Part shown: one piece after another, positions 32,857 to 42,971 of the stretch
Position numbering within the stretch: position 1 is the first letter of the stretch
Layout: every line of letters begins with the position of its first letter
Source: Porphyridium purpureum
Taxonomy: Eukaryota
Direction: 5' to 3'
Assembly (NCBI GenBank): GCA_008690995.1
Contig: VRMN01000008.1
Coordinates: 682,001 to 746,000, forward strand
Length of the DNA: 64,000 bases
The notes under the pieces: model-generated
What the model saw: the letters and a program-made list of their open reading frames with translations, nothing else
Told to the model about the DNA's origin: nothing
The model's database searches: none
Made by a program: the position numbers and the translations under genes

Positions 32857-33540
32857 AAGCACATGCTCTCAGCACGTGCATCATGATTTCACACACCGCG
32901 CTCGATCTTCAAACAACGCGCACTGGGTCCAGACTCCGTTTTCACATAGAGATGATAACCCACACACGCACCCCGCACGCCGCACCACAACGGCATACAC
33001 CCCGTTTCCATCATCCAAATTCAATACTGAAACACCCACAAAAACCAACACGCACCCGCATTTCTTGTAGTGAGCCACTGAGTATCGAGACCCCTCGAGC
33101 GCATGCCGTGCAAACCTTGTTGGATCTTAGTCCTGTTTCCACGTTGCAACTATTCATCCATGCACGCACGCGATGACTCGGCGCGATCGGGTCATTCTTT
33201 TTTTTTTTCCCTTTATTTTTTTACGCACTCCCGTGTACGAAATCAGCGTTTCCGCAGACGCGCGTGCGTATCAGCAAACGTGGCCGGTCTACTAGCAACG
33301 GCGAACGGGGTCATCGTCGGTTGGGGCGGAGGTGTACACAGATGCACGCAAGACAGGCTCAGCGCTTACTCCTCTCGGCGGCCTTGTTCATAAACACACA
33401 GTTTCTGAGGGTTTTTTTTATCACTTTTGGGAGGAGGATGGAATAGTACAGTAAGGGGTTCAGTTGTTCGGGAAACAGGGATGCGGTACAGCAGGTGCAG
33501 TTCAGCGGTCGTGACGGGTTGCGCGTGTGGGAGCAAGGTT

Positions 33541-34428
33541 TTAGGCGTGAGCTTGTACAAAGGTCTGGATGGGTTCGAGCGACGTGGCGAGCACCGAGCC
33601 GCGGCTGAAGAGGACGGGGCCAAACGCGTGGTCGAATTGGAACTCCTCGCCCTCGTAGCCAAGGTACACGTTCTGCGTGGACGCGTCTGGCACGCGCTGC
33701 GCCTCGGCTGCGGTCACGTCGTGGATCGTGCCGATTTCAGACTCGCGGGACTTGCGCTCGCGGTTGATTTCCGCCCGCAGCAGCTCGCGGATGGAGCGCT
33801 CGTCGAGCGCGTCCTTCGCATCGGACTTGTTGCAAAAGATGAGAATCGGCGTCTGGAAACGGCTGACCGTCGGGTGCGTCATCACGTCGTACAGGCACTG
33901 CCCGCTGTCCCTCAGCGACGCCATGAAGCTCGCTTTTCGCGCGTCTAGCACGACCACGACGGCGCGCGCGCGGCACAAGGCGCGCGTCAGGTCCAGCGCC
34001 ATCGACGCGTGTCCGCCCACATCCACAAATGTGTACGCGTCGCGCCGTGATCTCGCGGCCGCAGGATCCCAGCCTTTCGGCGTGAAGCGAGACTCGCTGC
34101 ATTTCATCGTCGTGACGAGGCCCAGCGGCGGCATCGCACCATGCTTGAGCGTCTTGATGAGCGCCGTCTTTCCCGGCGACTCCTCCGCGCCTCGCGCGGA
34201 CGGCCCACACACCACGACGACCCCAGGCTCCCTCAAATCACGCGCACGCCCTCCCAGGCCCGCTCGACCGCGTCCGATCTTGCCGCCCAACCACAACACC
34301 AGCAGCAACACGACCAAACCCAACAGCGCCGAACCCAGCACCCACACCACGTCCCCATTCCTCGCCCTCACCCACTCTGGCACGCGGCCCCCCGCGGCCT
34401 GCAGCGCCGCGCGTAACCTGCTCCCCAT
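33541..34428 (-). CDS. SRPRB: Signal recognition particle receptor beta subunit
   Basis: N-terminal TM helix, P-loop GKTAL, DVGGH, ILIFCNKSD, EINRERKSR, LGYEGEEFQF. Confidence 0.88.
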   Translation of the reverse strand: MGSRLRAALQAAGGRVPEWVRARNGDVVWVLGSALLGLVVLLLVLWLGGKIGRGRAGLGGRARDLREPGVVVVCGPSARGAEESPGKTALIKTLKHGAMPPLGLVTTMKCSESRFTPKGWDPAAARSRRDAYTFVDVGGHASMALDLTRALCRARAVVVVLDARKASFMASLRDSGQCLYDVMTHPTVSRFQTPILIFCNKSDAKDALDERSIRELLRAEINRERKSRESEIGTIHDVTAAEAQRVPDASTQNVYLGYEGEEFQFDHAFGPVLFSRGSVLATSLEPIQTFVQAHA

Positions 34429-35060
34429 CACACCTGCGCACTACGCCACCGCGCCCGAGCGCGTCAGACCCACCATCCACACTCCCTACGCTCTCCATAT
34501 CTGCGTTCCCCACCCCGCCTCTACCTCCTCGACGTCCCACTCCACACAACACAGTAACCCTAACAATGTGCCATTCGTTTCCAATGCCGCATTCAGTGCC
34601 ACTGCAAACGTGTCGACTCATGAATTAATCAATCAACTGATTAATTAATTCCATTTCTTCATGGTCCGCCCGGGGCCCTCGCCCGCCGGAGCGGTTCACC
34701 GTCCCGGTCTCCAACCTGAGCAAGGCGCTGACCCCCTGTTCCTACTCCCGGTAGTGATTATAACAAAACGAGGCAGTGGTTCAAAGGTACAGTGATGTGG
34801 GGTACTGTTAGGTCGGGTGCAGGGTAGATTGCCAGTAAGCGTTGTGGCCACACATGCTCACACCACCGCAAACGGGAACTACGCGGGGTGGAACAGACGG
34901 AGAGAACATTGTGTGTGTGTGTAACATGGAAAGGCGGGGAAACAAAGAGGAGGAAGGGGGGTTTAAAGGTGACGATTGGAAGGGCTGAAGTTGACTGCGG
35001 TAAGTTGGAGGAGGAGGTTTGTGGGGGAGAAAGGAGGAAGGACGATAAGGGACAGTCGCG

Positions 35061-36446
35061 ATGGCGGGGTGTCCGGTGATGGGCGGAGGCGCCGCGTATG
35101 TGCCTGGAATGATGAGCGTGCTGCACGCGCCGCATGGAGTGGCGGCGGCTGGCGCGCGGCAGCCGCTGGAGGCGCCGCCGCCGCCGCGACGCGCGGATCC
35201 GGTGGGCGGCGCGCTGGTCCGGGGCGGGGCCGGTGTGGAACCGCACGTGGACGCGGCGCTCAGCGTGCTGCCGGCCGTCTCGGAACGCTCCTCCGCCAGT
35301 ATTCGGTCCGCGCGCGAGCCGCTGTATTACGGTGACTACCTGCAGTTGGATAAGCTTACTACCGCACAGGCGCCCGTCTCCGCGCGCTGCGGCGACCTGC
35401 AGCACGACGAAATGCTGTTCATCACCATTCACCAAACGTACGAGATCTGGTTCAAGCAGGTGCTGTACGAGCTGGACTCGGTGCGCGCGATTTTCACCGA
35501 CCTCAAAATCGGCGCGAACGAAATCGCCACCGCGCTCCACCGCCTCCAACGGATTGTCGAGATCCTCAAAATCTTGGTGGACCAGATTCGGGTGCTGGAG
35601 ACGATGACGCCGCAGCAGTTTCTCAACTTTCGGGACTACTTGTTCCCAGCGAGCGGATTCCAGAGCTATCAGTTCCGCCTGATTGAAATCAAGCTCGGCG
35701 TGCAGCGCGACGCGGTGCAGCAAGAGCGCTTCATGAGTGCGCTGAGCGCAGAGCACCGCGCGCTGGTCGAGGCAGCTCTGCAGGAGCCCAGTCTTTTTGA
35801 CTACGTTGAGCGCTGGTTGCGGAATATGCCGTTCCGCGAGTTCCGGGGCTACAACTTTATGGAAAGCTACAAGATTACCACGAATAGGATGCTCGAGCTC
35901 GACCGCACTGCCATCGAAGCACAGTTCTTCGGCAAGGAGTGCGAGAGCATGATCACGGAGCTCCAGAAGAACGAGCGCATGTTCCGCAGCGTGTACGATC
36001 GCGAAGTACACGAGGAGTTGCGTGCTCAAGGCTTGCGCCGCTTCGGATTCCGCGCAACGTGTTCGGCACTCTTCATCATGCTGTACGAAGAAGAGCCCAT
36101 GCTGCACCTGCCAGCACGCCTTTTGCGTTCGCTCATCGATATTGACGATGCCGTGAACCAGTGGCGCTACCGCCACACGCAGATGGTGCACAAGATGATC
36201 GGAACAAAGGTCGGAACCGGAGGTAGCCTCGGGTTCTCATACCTGCGTTCAACCGTCGACAACCTCAAGGTCTTCACTGACCTAAGCAACATGAGCACGC
36301 TGCTCATTCCGTCACGGCTCCTGCCGTCGCTGCCAGCAATGATTCGCGACCAATGCAAATTTTTCCACAGCGTTGAGCCATACGACCGGACTCTCTTCGA
36401 GCTGGGCGGTGGCGGTGACACGCTACTGGATTGGAGCTTCTGCTGA
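35061..36446 (+). CDS. TDO2: Tryptophan 2,3-dioxygenase
   Basis: YGDYLQLDKL, HDEMLFITIHQTYEIWFKQ, PASGFQSYQFRLIE, WRYRH, MIGTKVGTGGSLGFSYL. Confidence 0.96.
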   Translation: MAGCPVMGGGAAYVPGMMSVLHAPHGVAAAGARQPLEAPPPPRRADPVGGALVRGGAGVEPHVDAALSVLPAVSERSSASIRSAREPLYYGDYLQLDKLTTAQAPVSARCGDLQHDEMLFITIHQTYEIWFKQVLYELDSVRAIFTDLKIGANEIATALHRLQRIVEILKILVDQIRVLETMTPQQFLNFRDYLFPASGFQSYQFRLIEIKLGVQRDAVQQERFMSALSAEHRALVEAALQEPSLFDYVERWLRNMPFREFRGYNFMESYKITTNRMLELDRTAIEAQFFGKECESMITELQKNERMFRSVYDREVHEELRAQGLRRFGFRATCSALFIMLYEEEPMLHLPARLLRSLIDIDDAVNQWRYRHTQMVHKMIGTKVGTGGSLGFSYLRSTVDNLKVFTDLSNMSTLLIPSRLLPSLPAMIRDQCKFFHSVEPYDRTLFELGGGGDTLLDWSFC

Positions 36447-36816
36447 GCGACTCAGCTAGCCCGCGTAGATCTTTCAGTTTTGTCCTTCTTGTTGTATGTT
36501 GGTCTTGTTGGTAGGGGGAAAGCGATAGAAGAGTGAGAGGGACACAAAATAGGGAACAAGTCCCATGCGGAGATCCGCTATAGACCTGGGCAAATTGCTT
36601 GGCTTACCGAGCAGTGATGCCAACGGAATAGGTTACAAGAAAGCAAGTTCTAACTATCCCTGACTGGTTGCCACTTTTACTTCCTGCCCAACACTCTCAA
36701 CTCTCGGCTAAAACCCTTGTCCTTTGTGCCCACTTCTCGTGTCGGGCAAGTCGCGTTCATGCCGTTGTGATCGTTTCGGCAGAGGCTCAGAGTTAATGTA
36801 GTGAACGAACGCAAGG

Positions 36817-37821
36817 ATGGCGAAAGATGAGCTTTTGTCTAATCACGCGGGGAGCGCCGAGGGCGGCGGCGCGGCCGCGGTGCGTCGTGAGGTGCTGCAG
36901 TCGCTCGGCGTGTGCTTTTTCTACATCTCCATGTCAAGCGCCATGGTGTTCACCAACAAGGCGCTCAGCTACAATTATGGCTTTACAATGACCAACGCGT
37001 TGCTGCTGATGCAGATGGTGTTCACGATCGCGCTGCTCCATTTTCTGCGTGACATTTGTGGGCTGTTGTCGTTCAACAGATTTGAACGCGACACGGCGCT
37101 TCGGATCGCCCCGATCTCGGTGTTCTACTGCCTGAACGGCGCCTTTGCGCTAGTCGCGGTTCGCGAGCTTTCAGTTCCGTCGTACACGCTCGTCAAGCGT
37201 CTCGCGCCCATGTTCTCGATTACACTGGAATTTGCGCTGCTGGGCAAGCGATCCAAGCCGCGCGTGCTTGTCGCGCTCGCTGTGATGCTCTCCGGAACGC
37301 TGCTCGCCGCTCGTGCGGATACGCGCGGCACAATTCTCGGCTGGTCAAGTGGGCTTGTGTCTTGCTTCTTGCAGGGACTATACCTCACCCTCGTGAAGAA
37401 GACGGGTGCCGAAACCGGCCTCAACTCGTTCGGCGTGCTCTACTACCACTCGTTGATTTCGCTGCCCATCCTCTCGGTGCTTGTTGTGCTTCTGGGTGAA
37501 ATGCAGCCGCTGCTGAACTATCCGCAATGGACGGACATGTCCTTCATGATCGTGCTGGCATGGAGCCTCTTTATGGGTGTCATGCTGAACTACTCGTTGT
37601 TCTTGGCAACAGAACTGACCAGTCCGACCAGCACGCTCGTGAGCGGACAGGTGAAAGCCATTGGGCAGACTGCGATCGGTATGTTTACCTTTGGTGGCGC
37701 CGAGAGGAATCAGGCATACATTATTGGCACGCTCATGAACATTGGTGGTGGCACCGGGTACGGATACTCGAAGTATTTGGACATGAAAGAGCGCGCAGAC
37801 CAGCAAAAACTGCCGAAATGA
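36817..37821 (+). CDS. Nucleotide-sugar transporter (SLC35D/TPT family)
   Basis: Multi-TM protein; MVFTNKA, LSVPSYTLVKR, LNYSLFL, SPTSTLVSGQVK. Confidence 0.88.
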   Translation: MAKDELLSNHAGSAEGGGAAAVRREVLQSLGVCFFYISMSSAMVFTNKALSYNYGFTMTNALLLMQMVFTIALLHFLRDICGLLSFNRFERDTALRIAPISVFYCLNGAFALVAVRELSVPSYTLVKRLAPMFSITLEFALLGKRSKPRVLVALAVMLSGTLLAARADTRGTILGWSSGLVSCFLQGLYLTLVKKTGAETGLNSFGVLYYHSLISLPILSVLVVLLGEMQPLLNYPQWTDMSFMIVLAWSLFMGVMLNYSLFLATELTSPTSTLVSGQVKAIGQTAIGMFTFGGAERNQAYIIGTLMNIGGGTGYGYSKYLDMKERADQQKLPK

Positions 37822-39069
37822 GCAAGCAGCAGCTTTGTTTAAATTTCTGTGCACATTTCTGTAAAGTTTCTTGGAGTGCATCACGCTCTGCTTGATTTTG
37901 CTGGACCATGTTCCTTCTACAACGTGTCCCCGTACTTTGTGGATGCCGTGCCGATTTGGTTGGAGGGTCTCGATCCAGGGTTATTGCTGCAGTTCGTGTT
38001 TTTTTCAACTCGCATGATGACCTGGCGTTTGGAATTGTTCGCCGCCGAGCTTGCGGCTACCATCAAGGTGATTGAGAAAGCGATCGTGTAAAGCAGGGAC
38101 ACGCTTGTTCGGTTGGGTTGAGGCTTTGTGAGCTCATAAACGAAGAAGAGCGATGCAGGCGCAGGCCTTCCATTGTGGCATTGGTCTTGGCTATGTCTGT
38201 TCTGAGGATGCGACGCGCATCGCCAGGTGTCTTTGGGGACGAGCGGGCGACTCGGGAAGAGGAACAATTCAATGATTTCGCGTGATGTGCTGGCTTTTGC
38301 GATGCGCCGCAGTCTCCATGTAGAGAAGAGTACTGTCATGCTGACTTTGAAGTGCGCCAGGCGTGTGTTTGTCTCGCGTGCTTCGTGCAATGCGTCCTTC
38401 CAAATTTCCGACAAGCCGTCTAGAAAGTCGAAAGGTTTTTGGTGTTGAATGGGACTGCGGGAAACCACGGTTATTCGTCTGCTGTTCAGTATTTCCTCTT
38501 TTATCCCATATCTTCGAGCGGTCAAGAACCAAGACGGAGTCGGCTTTCAGCATGACCTTCAAGCTGCCCGATGCGTGCACGAACGCTGGACACCACTGCA
38601 TACCGCGCTTGGCATATTCGCAGAAGAATATTCCTGTTGATATTGACGACGTTCACAATTGGTGACTGTCTCTAACTGCAGCCGACCCAGACGCTGACGC
38701 GTACACGTCGGTGTGACACGGGTATAACCAGTAGCCGTGACGATCCCATCGACCCCCCCACCATGCCTGTCCACCCTTGCACGCGCTTGTGAACGCGCCT
38801 TGGCAGACGCGAGATGACAAACGCATGCGTGATTACTGTACCGTCCGTGGGTAAGCCGATGTGGAGATGTACCTCCACGCGAGTCGCCGGCCGCGAGTGC
38901 GATTCGCGCACGCACCGGAAACGCGCTGAAAATGCGCCGCATCGCGTGGTTTTATACGAAGCGGGTGCGCCGGGAAGTTTGTGTGCGGGGAGGAGGGAGG
39001 AAGAGAGAGAAGGAGAGGGAGTGGTGAGGTGGTGGTAGTGGTGTTGTAGTGGTGACGGTGGTTGGCGTG

Positions 39070-40542
39070 ATGGGGAAGCACGCAGGGACAGACAAGGCCG
39101 CGAAGAAGGCGGCCAAGGTAGAGGTTGTGGAGAAGGCCGCGAAGGCGAGCATGAAGCCGGACAAGGCGGCCAAGCACAGCGCAAAGGTGGAGAAGGCCGC
39201 CAAGAAGAGCGTGAAAGTGGATGAGGCTGTCGCAAGTACGCTGGTGAAGGTGAAGGCCGACAAGAAGGCGAAGAAGGTCAAGGAGGTGGCGCCGCCGCCG
39301 CCGCCAGCGCCCGTCGAGGACTCGAGCGAGAGCGACGACTCGAGCAGCAGTGAGGAGCAGGTGGCTGCGGCAGCTGTGGCGAAAGGAGTCGCGGATGCCA
39401 AGTCCGGAGATGATTCGTCGAGCAGCAGCTCCAGTAGCAGTAGCAGTGACGAGGAGCCCCCCAAGCAGGCTGTGGCGAAAGCGGGTAAGAAGGCCGCCGT
39501 CCCAGTTGCTGCTGCTGCTGCTGCTGCATCCAGCAGTGACAGCAGCAGCGCTTCGTCGTCATCATCAGAAGAGGAGGCGGCGGGCCCTGCAGAGTCGTCG
39601 GCCTCAAGCTCCAGCTCATCTGAACCGGCCGAAAAGGTCAAATCGGCGCCCAAGGCAGCAGCCAAGATGAACGGAAGCAAGGCGGCGGCCGTCGAAGAGT
39701 CATCAGAAAGCAGCAGCAGTTCAGAGGAATCCAGCGCGAGCTCGGAAGAGGAGGATGCTGCGCCGCAAGCTGCAAGCAAGTCGAAAGCTAGCAAGCAGGC
39801 GGCCAAGGAAGACTCGTCTGACAGTAGCAGCAGCACGAGCAGCGGAGGCACATCAGAGTCGTCTGACTCGTCGGCGCCGGCGGAGAAGAAGGATACCGGC
39901 AAGAAGAGGAAGGTTGAGGACGGCGTCCTCCCTGCCAGCGCTGCTCCAGAACATGAGGATAAGAGGCAAAAGCGCGTCAGCTTTGGTGGCGATGATGCCG
40001 CACCGTCGCCCACGCGAGGTGAAGTTGACGCGTGCAAGGTGTTCGTCGGTAATCTTCCATTCACGGCCACGGCAGAGGATCTGGATGTTTTCTTCCAGGA
40101 GTGTGGGGAGATTGTGGATCGCTTCATTCCCGTGGATCGAGAGACGGAGCGCCCCCGTGGCTTTGGTTTCGTGACTTTTGCAGACCAAGAGAGCGCTCAG
40201 AGAGCGGTTGAAATGTCTGAGCAGTACATGGGCGACCGTCCGGTACTTGTGAAAATTTCCGAAGGGAAGAAGATTGGTGGAGGTGATTCTCCTGGAGGGT
40301 ATGGAGGCCGTGGGGGAGGCCGAGGTGGCTTTGGAGGCGGCTTTGGAGGCCGTGGAGGAGGTCGAGGGGGAGCCGGTGGCTTTGGAGGCAGAGGCGGCGG
40401 GCGCGGAGGTGGACGCGGCGGAGGCGGTGGCTTTGGCGGAGGCAGAGGTGGATTTGGCGGAGGACGCGGGGGTAGCCCGGGCGGTGGACGCGGCGGGCGG
40501 CCTTCGTACGCGCCGCAGGGGTCACGTACTACCTTTGATTAA
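39070..40542 (+). CDS. Nucleolin/NSR1-like RNA-binding protein
   Basis: Alternating Lys/Ala and Ser/acidic tracts, RRM (VFVGNL, RGFGFVTF), RGG tail, ends GSRTTFD. Confidence 0.88.
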   Translation: MGKHAGTDKAAKKAAKVEVVEKAAKASMKPDKAAKHSAKVEKAAKKSVKVDEAVASTLVKVKADKKAKKVKEVAPPPPPAPVEDSSESDDSSSSEEQVAAAAVAKGVADAKSGDDSSSSSSSSSSSDEEPPKQAVAKAGKKAAVPVAAAAAAASSSDSSSASSSSSEEEAAGPAESSASSSSSSEPAEKVKSAPKAAAKMNGSKAAAVEESSESSSSSEESSASSEEEDAAPQAASKSKASKQAAKEDSSDSSSSTSSGGTSESSDSSAPAEKKDTGKKRKVEDGVLPASAAPEHEDKRQKRVSFGGDDAAPSPTRGEVDACKVFVGNLPFTATAEDLDVFFQECGEIVDRFIPVDRETERPRGFGFVTFADQESAQRAVEMSEQYMGDRPVLVKISEGKKIGGGDSPGGYGGRGGGRGGFGGGFGGRGGGRGGAGGFGGRGGGRGGGRGGGGGFGGGRGGFGGGRGGSPGGGRGGRPSYAPQGSRTTFD

Positions 40543-40713
40543 GTCCGTGGGCGCTTGGATTTACGGTGTACCTTTCGCTGATCTGATTGACTTTTCTAGC
40601 AGCCCGGTCGCGCTTTTAGATTTTGCTTTTCCCCTTACTGTTGGATTAAATATGTGCATGTGATCATATTTCTTAAGAAATTGAGAAGTGTGTGTCACAG
40701 AAGCTTCTTCTGC

Positions 40714-41445
40714 TCACTCCATCATGACTTCCTCAAACTCTTCCGAAGATGAATCATTCACGGTGCCGCCGCCGCCACCACCTCCACCTCCACCGTCGTC
40801 GCCATCGCCACCCTCTGAGAGTGATGACGCGTCCGAGTCGGCGTCGTTGAGCTGTTTCTTGGACAGATGCAACGTGTGACTGAGCAGAACATTTTTGAAG
40901 GTCTCTGGCGCACTGAGCTCACCCAGTTTGCTCGAACGCATCATCTCCTCTGAGGGTGCTGGCGGAAAGAAGCCATGTGGTAAGGGTCGTGACACGTCCC
41001 AATTTGGCGGGGCGCCTAGACAGCCACGGACGCGGGCGGCGTACTGAACGAGCTCATCTGGCTCAATGTCATGCGCGGTGTCGGCACCAGATGCGTCTGC
41101 GGCGGGCATAAGCGAGCGAGCGAGCTCGATCTCGTCCATGAGCGCGGCCTCTGTTTCGTACACCTTGAGTGCGGACACCTGCACGAGATCGTCCAGCTGC
41201 TGGTTGTACTTTTCCAGCTTGAGTATCTGCGCATGCAGGGCCTGCTGCTCGACCAGCCGCGGCACGTACTCGACGATCGCGCGCTGCGCGCTTGCAATGC
41301 GGCCAGCCAGTTCATCAACGCGCGCGACGTGCTGCGCCGACTGCTTGACCAGCGCGGTGCCCAGTTCGGCCATGAGCGTCGCCACCAGCTGCTCCATGCC
41401 CTTCATCTCCCGCACGACCGCATCCCGCACAGGTTCCTCCTCCAT
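40714..41445 (-). CDS. MED4: Mediator subunit 4
   Basis: Coiled coil, then ELVQYAARV...APPNW...PAPSEEMMRSSKL, then acidic tail. Start MEEEPV at 41445. Confidence 0.8.
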   Translation of the reverse strand: MEEEPVRDAVVREMKGMEQLVATLMAELGTALVKQSAQHVARVDELAGRIASAQRAIVEYVPRLVEQQALHAQILKLEKYNQQLDDLVQVSALKVYETEAALMDEIELARSLMPAADASGADTAHDIEPDELVQYAARVRGCLGAPPNWDVSRPLPHGFFPPAPSEEMMRSSKLGELSAPETFKNVLLSHTLHLSKKQLNDADSDASSLSEGGDGDDGGGGGGGGGGTVNDSSSEEFEEVMME

Positions 41446-41599
41446 TGCGCGCTCACGCTGCGCGCGCGACCATCCACCAACCGCGCCTACACGCCGCCGT
41501 GACAACGTCTCTCTCCACCCCCGACCTGAGCAAACAACCACCCATCCACAAACCCGCACCTTCACCACCAGCGCACGCCGCTTGTCCTTCAAGCGAATT

Positions 41600-41651
41600 A
41601 CCCTAGAATTAGGGTTTCTGCCAGAACCCTAATTCGGTGCTCTCTAGGGTT
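41600..41651. promoter_or_regulatory. Four alternating telo-box-like motifs forming a hairpin in a divergent promoter
   Basis: ACCCTA, TAGGGTT, AACCCTA, TAGGGTT; GAATTAGGGTTTCTG-C-CAGAACCCTAATTC is a near-perfect inverted repeat. Confidence 0.55.
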
Positions 41652-41846
41652 CCGTCAGAACCCCCTCGATGCGGCAGACGTACAGTGTGGAGGTACAGTC
41701 TTTCCGCTCGAGACTTGGCCGCGTTTCGGCCGGAGGGCGTTGCTGCCGCGCAAAGGTGTGGGTGCGTCGAGAGGAAGGAGGAGCAGCGTGAAGTGGAGAG
41801 GAAGCAGGTGGTGAGGTGGTGAGCCACGCCGCGCAAAACAGAAGCC

Positions 41847-42173
41847 ATGTCCAAGAACTTGTTTGGGCGCGTCGCGCAGTGGTTGGTGAATGAGGTCATG
41901 GTAAAGACGCTCTCAAACAGTCCGGCGTTCCAGCGCTTTGCTCTCAGGGTGCACGAGTCCACGCAGAAGCTGGCGCAGAAGGCAGCGGAAACCACAAAGG
42001 AGCTGGCAGAAAGTGAGGCAACAAAGGAGGCGCAGGAAAGAGCCGCGTCAACAGCGCAGAACGTGCGTGAGACGGTCGTAGGACTCGCGCAGTTGTATAA
42101 AGACCAGATTGTCAGCGCGCTGTATAAGACGCCTCGAAACTCATCGTCCGGGCCCCCGACGAAGCGGCCCTGA
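41847..42173 (+). CDS. Small NCBP2AS2-like conserved protein
   Basis: RVAQWLVNEVMVKTLSNSPAFQRFALR resembles a remembered plant small-protein motif (VVNE...LANSPAFQRFA). Confidence 0.7.
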   Translation: MSKNLFGRVAQWLVNEVMVKTLSNSPAFQRFALRVHESTQKLAQKAAETTKELAESEATKEAQERAASTAQNVRETVVGLAQLYKDQIVSALYKTPRNSSSGPPTKRP

Positions 42174-42971
42174 AACTTGGTGTCTATTGCGATTCGGGCT
42201 TTCTGAATAAGCAGAACAAATGCACCAGCTCCATTCAGTTTCTGCTGGCCAGGTGTGAAAGTCTCAGAGTTGTGGAATGAACATCGTCTTGTCCAGGAGG
42301 TAGAAGAGCTTGCTGTCTTTCCTTATTTCATAGTCTGTATATAATAAGCGTGTCCTATCTTTTGCCGTCAAAATATGGATGGTTACAAAGATGTTGGAGT
42401 AATTTCAGGAATTTCTCGCGTTTCGGTTGCGACATAAGGTCCTGGAACATTTCATAGGCCTGTACCCTCACGGCTCTGTGTGCACTCGCGACACGCTTGC
42501 GATTTTCGTTGTTCGCAAGAATACGTATGCCCTCGTCTTGGCTTGTCGTCGTGCAAAAGATTCAAGATCCCATCCTCACGCACGCCTATCCGGCCAGGCG
42601 CGACTTTTCTTGATGCCAGTCGGATCACGCTGCGGAGAGCAGCAAAAGTTTCTATGCTTTACGCTCAGCTCGTCAGCAAAGGTTGAATAGGTGTAATTTG
42701 TCCGTTTATTCACACATGTCATGCCTGATTTGCATCGCTCATGGTCAATGAATCGTGCATCTCGAACTTGTAAGGGATTTGTGCATGTCGCATCTTCCAA
42801 TCCGCCAACTTCCGACTGACAGGGCCGCCGTCAGCATAAAGTCAGGCACAGGCTTTTGGAAGCTCTTCGAGCTTGTCAGAAAATAAGCTCACAGATCCAA
42901 ATGCGCAAAAGTACTTTATCTTTCGCCGTAAACGAGCAAGACGAGGCTCTTTGTGCCTCTAGTGCAAGGCA

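Noticed and set aside
34660..34760. Possible riboswitch or SRP-like RNA upstream of TDO
   Set aside because: GC-rich, but no diagnostic consensus (TPP, cobalamin, SRP) could be matched.
38952..40127. 391-aa minus-strand ORF (and similar long shadow ORFs, e.g. 34758-36191, 33677-34648, 31485-32153)
   Set aside because: Antisense shadows of better-supported genes in GC-rich DNA; no motifs.
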